From a virus: a stretch of DNA of 64,000 nucleotides. Below the pieces are notes generated by a model, which saw nothing but the letters and a program-made list of their open reading frames with translations, ran no database searches and was not told where the DNA came from. This document shows positions 9,000 through 18,383 of the stretch, in pieces. The stretch covers positions 96,001 through 160,000 of the IMG/VR virus record IMGVR_UViG_3300033485_000001; one strand, given 5' to 3'. Numbering within the stretch: position 1 is the stretch's first letter; each line of letters begins with the position of its first letter. The position numbers and the translations under genes are program-made.

Positions 9000-10133
9000 C
9001 TACTCCTCGTCCTCGTCCTCCCAGGCGCTCGAACCGGAGCGGGGGCTGCCCTTTCCGTCGTCCGAGCCGCGCTTGCTCTCCTCCTCGACGGCGCTCTCAC
9101 GGAGCTCCTCGGGGATCTTGAGCTTGTAGATCTTCGCCTGATCCTTGAGGGTCAGGTTGGGGAAGACCTTGTCCAGGCTGACGGGATTCATGACCCCCTC
9201 GATCTTCTTCCACTCCTCGTCGGTCACGGCCTTGAAGCGCCGGACCTGGAGGGAGGTGTTCGTCCCCTCGCCCGACTTGTAGAGCTCCATCTTCACGTCC
9301 CAGAGCTTGAGGGGCTCGGCCTTGTTGCACTGGTTGCACTCGTTGACGGCCTGCATGTAGCCCTCGAACCCGCACCCGCCGCACTTGTGCATCTCCATGC
9401 GGATGTCCTCGAGCTCCTCCTCGTTGGCCGGGTGCTGCTCCAGGTCGCGGTAGCATTCCCCGCACTTCGGGCACTCGTAGGCCGGGACGCTGATCTCGCC
9501 GCCGCACTTGCAGCTGGTGGAGAGCGTGTAGTCCGCGAAGTCCACCAGCTGCTCCGTGAAGCTCGGGCCGACGGGCCAGTAGACCCGGCGCCCGAACCGC
9601 TTCTCGATCCCCTTGTCGCAGTGCTTGCACCCGCGACCCTCGCACTGGACCGGGTCCTTGTAGAAGTCCCCGGTCTTGTCGTTCTTCCGGTCGGAGTCCA
9701 CCAGGTGGAACTCCGCCATCAGGACGCCGTTGAAGACGTGGAGCTTCTTCGCCCACGCCATCCCCTTGTCCTTGCCCTTGCTGGCCTGGTAGCAGCCCAG
9801 GCACGGCTTCTTGCCGATGTCCACGATCAGGTTGCCATCGGTGTCCCTGATGTCCATGAGACCGGCCGAGCAGCGCCCGAAGCTGTTGGAGGACTTGTGG
9901 TAGTGCCTCATGACGAGGCCGTAGGGCGACTCGAACTTCCGGCTTCCCTTCCCGTCCTCGTTCGCGATCGGGGTCACGTACTCGGCCTTGAAGAGCACGA
10001 TGGGCGTGATCTTCCCCGCCGATCCCTCCTGCGGAGCGTACCTGTCGCTGAACGACCCGCCGCCACCACCCGTGTACTTCTTGTTCTTGACCGTGTTTCG
10101 CATCATGCGAGTGACGTCGCGTTCCTCATCCAT
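9000..10133 (-). CDS. Single-stranded DNA-binding protein (gp32-like) with multiple Cys clusters
   Basis: Position between polymerase and primase; YKSGEGTNTSLQV OB-type strand; acidic tail WEDEDEE; six CxxC-type pairs. Confidence 0.65.
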   Translation of the reverse strand: MDEERDVTRMMRNTVKNKKYTGGGGGSFSDRYAPQEGSAGKITPIVLFKAEYVTPIANEDGKGSRKFESPYGLVMRHYHKSSNSFGRCSAGLMDIRDTDGNLIVDIGKKPCLGCYQASKGKDKGMAWAKKLHVFNGVLMAEFHLVDSDRKNDKTGDFYKDPVQCEGRGCKHCDKGIEKRFGRRVYWPVGPSFTEQLVDFADYTLSTSCKCGGEISVPAYECPKCGECYRDLEQHPANEEELEDIRMEMHKCGGCGFEGYMQAVNECNQCNKAEPLKLWDVKMELYKSGEGTNTSLQVRRFKAVTDEEWKKIEGVMNPVSLDKVFPNLTLKDQAKIYKLKIPEELRESAVEEESKRGSDDGKGSPRSGSSAWEDEDEE

Positions 10134-11152
10134 CTCTCGAACCTCTTTCTGTCGTTGTAGGTATCTCGCAAACCGAGTCCGTTCAGATCATCGGGCTGCT
10201 GCGCCCAAGCCGGCAACGCCCAGACCTTGACGTTCACCACGGTCCGGGACAACCACTTGCCGATGCTCTTCATTCCCTTGATCCCAGCGAAGTCATTGTC
10301 GTAGAAGAGCACGACTCCGCTGCCTGACATGCGACAGATCAGATCGTACTGTTCCTGCGACATCGACGACCCCATCGTGGCCACCGTGTTCCAGTAGCCG
10401 TGCTGCAACAGCCAGATGCAGCCCTTGAATCCCTCCACCACGATCACCGGCTCGTCGGATGTCTCCAGGAGCTGATAGACGCGGTGCGCGTTCCACAGAT
10501 ACTTGTGACTTTTGATCTCATAGGTAGGGAAGAGATCGTCGAAGCCTGGACCGAAGTCGCTGCCGACGAGCCCTTTGTCCGTTTTCCTCCGTCCCCTGTA
10601 CACCAGGTACCGGGGTTGCACATCGTGGAGAGTAGATCGGCCTGATACCCCTACCAGGTTCCCGTAGACGTCCCTGATGGGGAAGGTGATTCGATCTTTC
10701 TCCCTGTCATACCCGATCTCTAGTTCTCGGAGCAGCTTCGGGTCGAAGCCTTGTTCCACAAGTCCGTCCGGGCGCCAGTCGTAGACGCCCAACACCGACT
10801 CTGGGATGGTGACTTCGGCCAGAAAAGGATCGCTCCCAATGAACCTGCGTCGCTTCTTCTGCTGTTCACGTCGCTGTCTCTTCTGGATCAGGGGTGCTGC
10901 CGGGCCGATCAACTGGTCGACCCGGCTACGGGACACCCCTAGTCCACGAAGCAGTGTAGCCAAGTTCCCACTGCGATTGCAACCATGACATTTCCACAGC
11001 CCGTTGTTGATGTTGATGGCGAAGGACGGGCTGTGATCGTTGTGGTCTGGGAACGGGCACCTTGCAGAGAGATTGGAGGATCCGCTGAGCTTGGGCCGAT
11101 CCAGATACGGACTGACGATGTCCGCGATCGGCCCGAGGTTACCAGTCGTCAT
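10103..11152 (-). CDS. dnaG: DnaG-type primase
   Basis: CPFPDHNDHSPSF...CHGC (CHC2 Zn finger), VVEGFKG and FYDNDFAG (TOPRIM). Confidence 0.9.
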   Translation of the reverse strand: MTTGNLGPIADIVSPYLDRPKLSGSSNLSARCPFPDHNDHSPSFAININNGLWKCHGCNRSGNLATLLRGLGVSRSRVDQLIGPAAPLIQKRQRREQQKKRRRFIGSDPFLAEVTIPESVLGVYDWRPDGLVEQGFDPKLLRELEIGYDREKDRITFPIRDVYGNLVGVSGRSTLHDVQPRYLVYRGRRKTDKGLVGSDFGPGFDDLFPTYEIKSHKYLWNAHRVYQLLETSDEPVIVVEGFKGCIWLLQHGYWNTVATMGSSMSQEQYDLICRMSGSGVVLFYDNDFAGIKGMKSIGKWLSRTVVNVKVWALPAWAQQPDDLNGLGLRDTYNDRKRFERWMRNATSLA

Positions 11153-12692
11153 TCGGATTGTCTCCGAAGTTGACCATGTCGGCGTCGACGGTATCTTGAT
11201 CGTAGGTGTAGCTGCCCGGTGCCTTCACCGGGTGCTTCTCGTCGTCGTCCACCTTGGCCTTGCGCCTACCGCCGCCCTTCTTCTTGGCCTTCTTCTTGAC
11301 ATCGGCCTGTCGGGTGTTGTCCCCGTCCAAAGACCTCTTCGTCTGATCTTCGCTCTGAGCATGACGAGCCTGCTCTACTTCCGACATCTTCTTGCCAACG
11401 TCGGAGAGCCAACAGCTGAAGGACCAGGACGTGCATGGGGAGACGTTGAGCACCATGCCGCCAGGGCGGATCTCTCGAGCTCCAGCTATCATGGCGTCGA
11501 GGTTCACCGTCCCGTTGGCGAAGGTGACACCCTTCTTGATCCTGATGATCATGTCGGCTTCCTGGCCGGCGGCGTCCGCGTAGGCGATGTCCTCCAGGTG
11601 CTCCTCATCGTCTCCGCCATCTTCATCGTCGCCCTTCTTCCTGGTGCGCTGCGTGACCCCGATGACCGGAACGTCGAGCTGCTGCGTCAGGTGCTTCAGG
11701 TCTTGGATGATGGCGTACTGGTCCTGCCACTTCATTGATCGTTTGCCAGACCGATCGTTCTTCATTCGGTAGAACGAGTCGACGATGATCAGGTCGGGCT
11801 TGAACGCTTCGGCCTTGGAAAGGATGTGCGAGACACCCCCGCCGAGCATGTCGTCCTTGTCGGACGTGAACATGACCGATGGGCTGTGTCCGTTGATCAG
11901 GGCTCTCGCCTCCTCTTCCTTGAGGTTGCGGAGGGTGGAGAAGTAGATCACCTTCTCCTCGGGTGTGAGCTGTCCCTTCTTCAGCCGCTCGTAGTCGACC
12001 TCCGCGATGCAGCACGCGACACGCTTCCGGAACTGTGCGGGCGGCATCTCGCAGCTGTACACCAGCACACGCCGGGACGCGAAGGCGTAGGCGTGCGTCA
12101 GGATCTTGGTGACGAACCAGGACTTCATGCTCTTGGGCCGGCCGAAGACGATGATGTAGTCCTGCTGCTGGATGCCGCCGGTCTCCTCGTTCAACCTGTC
12201 CCACGGCCACGGGATGCCGGACATCGCCCCCGAGGTCTCTTGGTTCTCGTACTCCTGGATCAAATCCTCTGCACCATCGGCCAGGATGAGGTCCCGACTG
12301 GTGGTGACCATGGTCTGAATGGTATTGATCTTGGCTCTCAGGTGAGCGAGTGCATCGAAGGGCGACTGCGTGTCGATGAGATCTGTGGCCTCCTCACACG
12401 CTTCCCTCAGCTCACGTGACATCGTCTTCTTGCGGACTTCTTCGCAGAGCTCCGAGAGCGTCTCGGTGATGTTCTCCGGCAGCTTGGTCGGCCTATGATC
12501 GTAGACTACTCGCCTGGTTGGCACGCGGCCGTAGTGAGCTGGGTTGTGGTAGTGGTCCTTGATGAACTTGAAGATCTCTTTCGCCTCGGTGTTCGAGAAC
12601 ATGACCTGGGAGATGTTGCTCCGGAGGACACTCCTCAAATCTCCAGTGGCGATGATCTTCGCAACCAGACGGAGTTCAGCGTCGAGGGACAT
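11139..12692 (-). CDS. dnaB: DnaB-like replicative helicase
   Basis: GRPKSMKS (Walker A), YSCEM, IIVDSFY (Walker B), IGVTQ, ADMII. Confidence 0.88.
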   Translation of the reverse strand: MSLDAELRLVAKIIATGDLRSVLRSNISQVMFSNTEAKEIFKFIKDHYHNPAHYGRVPTRRVVYDHRPTKLPENITETLSELCEEVRKKTMSRELREACEEATDLIDTQSPFDALAHLRAKINTIQTMVTTSRDLILADGAEDLIQEYENQETSGAMSGIPWPWDRLNEETGGIQQQDYIIVFGRPKSMKSWFVTKILTHAYAFASRRVLVYSCEMPPAQFRKRVACCIAEVDYERLKKGQLTPEEKVIYFSTLRNLKEEEARALINGHSPSVMFTSDKDDMLGGGVSHILSKAEAFKPDLIIVDSFYRMKNDRSGKRSMKWQDQYAIIQDLKHLTQQLDVPVIGVTQRTRKKGDDEDGGDDEEHLEDIAYADAAGQEADMIIRIKKGVTFANGTVNLDAMIAGAREIRPGGMVLNVSPCTSWSFSCWLSDVGKKMSEVEQARHAQSEDQTKRSLDGDNTRQADVKKKAKKKGGGRRKAKVDDDEKHPVKAPGSYTYDQDTVDADMVNFGDNPNDDW

Positions 12693-13007
12693 TTACAGCT
12701 CCTCATGCCATCGGATGTGACCCTTGTTGAAGGTTCGATCCTTGCCGCCCTCCATCCGCAGCTTCACGCGGAACTTGCTGATCCCGACGACCATGCCCTC
12801 GTAGCATTGACCATCGTCCATGCAGATTCTGATCGACTTGTTGGATATCTCCAGGTCTCCGACTTCGGATGCGGCGTCGACCTGCTGCTCAAGGCGCGTG
12901 ACCTTCTTCTTGAGCTCCTTGAGCTTCTCGTCGTGGTTGTTCAGGCGTGCTCCCACGCCCAGACTACCCTGCGCAGTCTCCTTGCGTTCTTCCATGGAAC
13001 TCTTCAC
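12693..13007 (-). CDS. Coiled coil plus Hfq/Sm-like domain protein
   Basis: IRICMDDGQCYEGMVVGISKFRVKL...TFNKGHI resembles the Hfq Sm1/Sm2 pattern. Confidence 0.55.
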   Translation of the reverse strand: MKSSMEERKETAQGSLGVGARLNNHDEKLKELKKKVTRLEQQVDAASEVGDLEISNKSIRICMDDGQCYEGMVVGISKFRVKLRMEGGKDRTFNKGHIRWHEEL

Positions 13008-13107
13008 CTCCCGGAACTTCCCATGCTATTGCAGTCAGGTGGACCGTCACAAGCCACCAGGGGTGGTGGTTGAGCCCCCCGCTCAACCGCACCCGTTGTG
13101 GTCGGCG

Positions 13108-14265
13108 TCAGGCTCTCCTGATCGCGTCGAAGATGTACTTGCCAGCGAGCTTCTCCAGCTCGAGCTGACGGTCCCTGTCCGACCGCATCACCATGGCGAC
13201 TCGGGAGATGGACTGCGCGATGCCGAAGGCGTTGTCTGGATCGCCCTCCTGATGCCACGCCTTCTCCGCAGCCTCCAGGATCGCCTTGGGCTGACCCTTG
13301 AGGTAGTTCTTCAGGTGCTCGAGCGGCTCCGGCACGACGACCTCGTGCAGGCGGGTGGCCTCGCTGATGAGCCTGTTCTTCCGCTCCGGGAGCTGCCGGA
13401 ACATGCTCCCGATCATCGCGTCCAGATCCTCGTTGTCGATGGACCTGTGCGTCCGGTAGAGCAGCGGTCCGTCTTCCACCCCGACGATCATGCCGTTGGC
13501 GCAGACGAACTTCACGAACCAGGGGGCGCCCATGAAGGCGCCGCCGCCGACCTCGCTGTTCTTGAACCTGATGCCGAAGTAGTAGTTGTCGCCCTCCGCC
13601 ATCGGCATCTTGCCGGCGCGGATCGCGTCGAACGGCTCGTTGTACGTGAGGAAGTAGTGGGAGGCGTTCGGCTTGAAGGAGACCATCTTGAAGTGCATCT
13701 CGCCCAGATCGGAGCCGATGCTCTCCTGCATCCTCTCGAAGATGCGGGCGTCCCTGATCTCGCTGTACTTCGGGCTGACGAAGGCCCGGAGCACGCCGTT
13801 GGATCCAGCCACTTGGGGCTCCTCGCTCGTATCGAACGACCGAGCGATGATCTTCTGGACGAGGGGTTCCTCCCTCGACCGGAGGTGATCCATGACCGCG
13901 CGCTGGATCTGGTCGGTGGGCGTGGAGGCGAAGAACTTGTCCCACTTCACGCCCAGCTCGGACCCCAGCTGCTTGCGGGACCACTCGTTCATCTCGAGCA
14001 GCCCGAAGGGCGGGATGAACACCGAGCCGGCGCTCATGAAGCGCATCTTGCTCAGCTCGATGACATCGGGGCCTGGGTCGTCCATGTCCACCGGGATGCC
14101 CCTCGCCCTGGCGCTCACGTTGTCGGGAGCCAGCTTCAGGCTCTCCCGGTGTTGCACGATCGCGTGGACTTCCTCAAAGGGCTTCTGGCTCATCTTCTGG
14201 ACTTCCCAGTCCAGAGCCACCGAGGCCCGCCGGGACGTCGATCGGGTATTCTCTTCCGTCTCCAT
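13108..14265 (-). CDS. DUF932-family protein
   Basis: RAFVSPKY, NSEVGGGAF, VCANGM, HRS motifs. Confidence 0.7.
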   Translation of the reverse strand: METEENTRSTSRRASVALDWEVQKMSQKPFEEVHAIVQHRESLKLAPDNVSARARGIPVDMDDPGPDVIELSKMRFMSAGSVFIPPFGLLEMNEWSRKQLGSELGVKWDKFFASTPTDQIQRAVMDHLRSREEPLVQKIIARSFDTSEEPQVAGSNGVLRAFVSPKYSEIRDARIFERMQESIGSDLGEMHFKMVSFKPNASHYFLTYNEPFDAIRAGKMPMAEGDNYYFGIRFKNSEVGGGAFMGAPWFVKFVCANGMIVGVEDGPLLYRTHRSIDNEDLDAMIGSMFRQLPERKNRLISEATRLHEVVVPEPLEHLKNYLKGQPKAILEAAEKAWHQEGDPDNAFGIAQSISRVAMVMRSDRDRQLELEKLAGKYIFDAIRRA

Positions 14266-14527
14266 CTGCGCTCTTCCTCTCGTTGATGAAGTAGACCTGC
14301 AATAGGTGATCTTCGATTGCGCTGTGCAGCTCCCCTGCCAGCTTTCGGACGTTGTCCGGCCACGTGGCGGCCAGAGTCTCCCTCCCCATGAGAACAGGGG
14401 ATTCGTCCTTCTCTTTGTGCAACAGGGCGATGTGGACGGCGATCATGCTGTCCGGCCACGTGCCCTCGATGGAGATCTTCACCGCTGAGACGGCATTGAT
14501 CCTGGAGCTCGAGGATGCGGTCTTCAT
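14174..14527 (-). CDS. Hypothetical protein
   Basis: Start re-called at ATG 14527 with AAGGAG RBS. Confidence 0.55.
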   Translation of the reverse strand: MKTASSSSRINAVSAVKISIEGTWPDSMIAVHIALLHKEKDESPVLMGRETLAATWPDNVRKLAGELHSAIEDHLLQVYFINERKSADGDGREYPIDVPAGLGGSGLGSPEDEPEAL

Positions 14528-14868
14528 TCTCGCTCCTTGACCAGCTCTGTGAGGAGAACCTTCATCTTGGGCTCGTACTTCCTGATGGCCATCTTGGCGA
14601 TCTTCTGGCAGACAACGAGCGCGTTGGCGATGCTCGCGTCGTCCTGGTTGCATCTGATCCGCACACCAGCGGTGGTGCCCAGGGTGATGGCGTTGAAGTC
14701 GCCACCCTTGATCACCATGGAGAACTCCCTCCACGCCTCAGCATTCCCGTCCCCGAGCAGCAGCTCCGTGGGGACGATCTTCGTTGTGGTTGGCACGTAG
14801 ATCCTCCTGTCCTCGTCCTTGTCGTACACCCACAGCTCGAAGGTCAGAATCGCGTCTGCCTTCTGCAT
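14524..14868 (-). CDS. Hypothetical protein
   Basis: 114-aa ORF tiled in operon. Confidence 0.65.
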   Translation of the reverse strand: MQKADAILTFELWVYDKDEDRRIYVPTTTKIVPTELLLGDGNAEAWREFSMVIKGGDFNAITLGTTAGVRIRCNQDDASIANALVVCQKIAKMAIRKYEPKMKVLLTELVKERE

Positions 14869-14871
14869 GTC

Positions 14872-15306
14872 TCACCCGAGCTGGAAGGACTTCGGACGGT
14901 GGTCCACGCGAGGGCTCTCCTTCACGTCGAGGACGGCTCTGTCCGCGATCCTTCCGTTGATGAGCCCGAGCTTCTGGAGCGAGTCGAACTCCTTGGAGAC
15001 GACCTTGTACTCGACCCTGACGAGGCGGTCCCTCGTCACGGGGTCGTGCTTGAACGCCTCGTACAGGTACGCCCCGTCGAACTCCCGCTTGGGAACGATC
15101 GTGACCGTCATGCCGGCGGCGCCGATGCGGGTCTCCCTGACCGCGATCTCCAGCTCCTGAAGCACAGCCTCCCGCAGGGTGGCCAGCTTCCGCAGCTCGT
15201 CGAGGACGTCGGCGTTCTGCTCCTCGAAGTTGCGCAGCTCGTCGTTGGCCTTCTCGTACTTCTTCTCCAGCCTGCGTACACGTTTCTCTGCGTCGTTCAT
15301 CACCAC
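14872..15306 (-). CDS. Hypothetical protein with N-terminal coiled coil
   Basis: 144-aa ORF, GGAGAG RBS. Confidence 0.7.
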   Translation of the reverse strand: MVMNDAEKRVRRLEKKYEKANDELRNFEEQNADVLDELRKLATLREAVLQELEIAVRETRIGAAGMTVTIVPKREFDGAYLYEAFKHDPVTRDRLVRVEYKVVSKEFDSLQKLGLINGRIADRAVLDVKESPRVDHRPKSFQLG

Positions 15307-15950
15307 TCTCCTTTGCCGTCGTAGAGTCTTCGTAACTGATCAACAATCCTTCGTGCCAGCTTCAGGTCCTCCCAGAAGTCCGTGACCAGCGATCCCGGTC
15401 TGACCTTCGGGTTCCTCAGCAGCGCCGCAGGGTGGTACGTCGGGATGACGGGGTAGCTGACGTACTTGTAGAACCCAGGCACCTTGGCGAAGAACATCTC
15501 GCCTCGCACCCCCTTCATCGCCGAGTTGACCCCGGTCAGCCCGTACAAGGCCGTGGCGCCGAGGGCGACGATGAGGAGTGGATCCACTCGGTAGATGACC
15601 TCCTTGATTCGGCTGCTGCACGCAGCGATCTCCTGCCTGGACGGCTTTCGGATCACCGCGTTTCCTTCCTCCTCCCTGTGGGGGAAGCAGGCCACGATGT
15701 TGTCGATGAACAGGTCCTCCCTGTTCCAGCCCAGCCGCTCCTCCAGGAACTCCGTCAGCAGCTTCCCAGATCTGCCGATGAACGGATACCCGATCTTATC
15801 TTCGTCAGGCCCAGGTCCCTCTCCGACGAACATGACCTCCGCGTTCGGATTGCCCACGCCGAGGACGACGTAGCTTCGATCCTTGCAGAGTCCACATCGC
15901 TGGCACGTGAGCCATTGGAGAGAGAACGCGAGCGGCTTCTCGGCTCTCAT
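15300..15950 (-). CDS. udg: Uracil-DNA glycosylase family 4
   Basis: [31 protein letters not shown]. Confidence 0.92.
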   Translation of the reverse strand: MRAEKPLAFSLQWLTCQRCGLCKDRSYVVLGVGNPNAEVMFVGEGPGPDEDKIGYPFIGRSGKLLTEFLEERLGWNREDLFIDNIVACFPHREEEGNAVIRKPSRQEIAACSSRIKEVIYRVDPLLIVALGATALYGLTGVNSAMKGVRGEMFFAKVPGFYKYVSYPVIPTYHPAALLRNPKVRPGSLVTDFWEDLKLARRIVDQLRRLYDGKGEW

Positions 15951-16480
15951 TTGATCAGCTTGCCCCCGCTCTTGAGCGCCTGGAGGAGGTCGGGGCCGGT
16001 GCCGAGCCCGAGCTTCTTGGCAGATTCCTCCATGCGCTTGAGATCAGCAGGGGACGCCTTGGAGATGTTCGCCTTCTCCATGGCGTGCTGCGCCTTGGCC
16101 GCTTCGAGCTCCTGCATGAACTCGGAGTACGTGCGGTGGAACTCGCTCTGCGACTCCTCGCCCTGCGCCGCCGGGAAGAAGTACCACTTCGGCATGACGA
16201 CCATCTTGCGGATGGGCTCGAGGACGCACCAGGCGATGGTCCCGAGGGCCGGGACGTGCATCGGACCCTGCGGTCCCATGACCGGCTGCTTCCCGATCGG
16301 GAAGCAGTCGAAGATGTTCGTCATCTTCCCGTTGAGCACTCGTTCCTCGAACGCCTCGATGATGTAGCTGTCGTCGAGATCGGGAGGGATCTCGACGCCC
16401 GGCTTGTCCAGCCGTCCCAGGAACGTGTGGTCACCACCCGCGTTGAAGACGATCAGTACGGGCTTCTGCTCCTCCATCAT
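15947..16480 (-). CDS. Hypothetical protein
   Basis: Start re-called at ATG 16480; GAGG RBS; tiled. Confidence 0.65.
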   Translation of the reverse strand: MMEEQKPVLIVFNAGGDHTFLGRLDKPGVEIPPDLDDSYIIEAFEERVLNGKMTNIFDCFPIGKQPVMGPQGPMHVPALGTIAWCVLEPIRKMVVMPKWYFFPAAQGEESQSEFHRTYSEFMQELEAAKAQHAMEKANISKASPADLKRMEESAKKLGLGTGPDLLQALKSGGKLIK

Positions 16481-17844
16481 TGCACCTCTACCTTCATGCC
16501 CCACTTCCTGAAGTGGTTCATCAGCTTGTACCCCATGTTCCTCATCGGGGTTACGTTGACGTGCCAGATCACGATGACCTTCGTCTTCTTCTTCCCCGCC
16601 AGGAATCGTTGGATGCGACCCATCGACTGCTGGAGGATGTTCTTGCTGCTGAACTCCGTGAGAATGATCAGCGCGTCCAGCTTCTGCTTGTTGAGCGCCT
16701 CCTGCGCCATCGTGATGGTGGCGAAGGTCAGGCGGCTGTTCTTGAGGATGCTCAACCTCTTCTTCGGCGGCACATCCTGGTGAAGGACGCCCGAGTCTGG
16801 GTAGAGCTCGTGGAGGAGCTGGGCGTGATCCTTGGACATCGTGATCGCCAGGATGTCACGGTCTCGCTTCAGCCCCTCGTCAATGATCTCTCGTGCGAAC
16901 GCGATCTCCTCTGGCCTCATGCCGACGTGGCTGGCCAGTCGGTGGATGTGGATCTCCCCAGTCCTGTCTGTGCAGGCCCGGTACGTAGCAGGATCGGCGA
17001 AGTCCGGTGTGGTGGTGGACTTGAGGAACGTCACGGTGGGGATCACATCCTGATTCAGGTTCTTGTGGACGACCTTGCCGACGTGCCAGAGGTAGAGCAG
17101 CTCTCCGCCGTCGTCACGTTCGACTGTCGCTGTGGCCCCGAACCGCGCGCCGTAGAACATGTCGGCGGTCTTGGAGAACTCGTCTGCGGAGAGGTGGTGG
17201 ATCTCGTCCCACACAATCGTCCCGAACCAGGACGTCATCTCGGGTGGTACCAGATCGGCGTACATGGCCAACGTCTTCAGGCTGGCCAGGGCGATCGGGC
17301 ATCTCCAGTTCCACTTCGACGGGTGTCCCTGGATCCACCCCAGCTCCCCAGGTACCACCAGGAAGCGATTGATCTCCTGGATCCACTGCTGGAGGATGTG
17401 GGTCTTGTCGTTGATGATCAGGGCCGGCACGCCTCGGTGAGCGATGTGATGCAGCGCGATGACGGTCTTGCCCTTGCCGCAGGCCAAGTTCAGGATGCCG
17501 CTGTCGGCGACAACCATGGCGTCGAAGGCTCGTTGCTGCTCGTCCTTGTCAGGCTGGACGTGGTCCAGCGTGACCTTGCTGTGGAACCTCACCGGCTCGT
17601 AGCTGGAGGGGGTGAGGTCCACAACCGGGTACGGCAGGTCTTCGATCCTGATCTTCTCGCGTGGCACACCGAGGTGGTGTGGCGCGTCCCTCCAGAGGGT
17701 CATGAAGACAACATCGTCCTTGACCCTGACAGGAACGGTCAGGCTGTTCTTGATCACCTCTACGGAGATCCTCTTCTTGGGCAACCACAGCCAGGTGTCG
17801 CGGTAGCCGATGTCGGGGTCCCTGATTGGCAGTGTGTAGATCAT
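16477..17844 (-). CDS. SF2 helicase (UvsW/XPB-like)
   Basis: ACGKGKT, WDEIHH, ATAT, QQSMGRIQR. Confidence 0.9.
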   Translation of the reverse strand: MIYTLPIRDPDIGYRDTWLWLPKKRISVEVIKNSLTVPVRVKDDVVFMTLWRDAPHHLGVPREKIRIEDLPYPVVDLTPSSYEPVRFHSKVTLDHVQPDKDEQQRAFDAMVVADSGILNLACGKGKTVIALHHIAHRGVPALIINDKTHILQQWIQEINRFLVVPGELGWIQGHPSKWNWRCPIALASLKTLAMYADLVPPEMTSWFGTIVWDEIHHLSADEFSKTADMFYGARFGATATVERDDGGELLYLWHVGKVVHKNLNQDVIPTVTFLKSTTTPDFADPATYRACTDRTGEIHIHRLASHVGMRPEEIAFAREIIDEGLKRDRDILAITMSKDHAQLLHELYPDSGVLHQDVPPKKRLSILKNSRLTFATITMAQEALNKQKLDALIILTEFSSKNILQQSMGRIQRFLAGKKKTKVIVIWHVNVTPMRNMGYKLMNHFRKWGMKVEVQ

Positions 17845-17871
17845 GGCGTGGACCTAAGATGCTAACACGGA

Positions 17872-18231
17872 TCAGGGGAACTTCCACCGGCTGAAGAAGA
17901 CTGCAAACTGGATTCCTGTTTCCTTCAAGCATCCAGCGGCAATGTTCTTCCCCAGCCGGGAGATTGCGCTCTCACCCTCCTTCGGGAGCACGTGCTCGTC
18001 AGGGGGGAGGTGGACGGTCAGCGATGATGACGTCCTGGTCTCACCCTGAGACCTGGACGAAGGCGAGGAGTGAACCATCACGTTCCCCCCACCGCCGCCA
18101 CCGCTCCTCTTGATCTTGTCTTCCTGGGCCTGGCAACACATGGCCTCGCAGGTGCATACGTCGCACTCCGGATCTCCTGAATCCCACCGCGTGAAGCAGT
18201 CGGGGACATGCGTCCCCTTGTAATACGGCAA
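17872..18231 (-). CDS. Hypothetical Cys-containing protein, first gene of the replication operon
   Basis: TTG start with AAGGAGG RBS; C..W.....C..C.C...C. Confidence 0.7.
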   Translation of the reverse strand: MPYYKGTHVPDCFTRWDSGDPECDVCTCEAMCCQAQEDKIKRSGGGGGGNVMVHSSPSSRSQGETRTSSSLTVHLPPDEHVLPKEGESAISRLGKNIAAGCLKETGIQFAVFFSRWKFP

Positions 18232-18287
18232 CTCTGTCCTCCTTGATCTTCGGCGTACACGCCTAGTTTGCGCGCTCGGTCAAGACC

Positions 18288-18313
18288 CTTATAGCTCGGA
18301 TCTCCCCATCTTT
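18288..18313 (-). promoter_or_regulatory. AA-N18-TATAAG promoter of the replication operon
   Basis: CTTATA at 18288-18293 on +; same motif precedes four other minus-strand units. Confidence 0.6.
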
Positions 18314-18339
18314 GCCTTGACGTTTGGTGGTGGTAGACT
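18312..18339 (+). promoter_or_regulatory. Putative sigma70-like extended -10 promoter (TTGCCT-16-TAGACT, TG upstream)
   Basis: Similar TTG...TGG-TAnnnT elements at 24485-24513 and 39647-39675. Confidence 0.35.
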
Positions 18340-18383
18340 GGAGACCAGAGTTCGATACTGACAGGGCGCGTGGAGGCTGGCAC

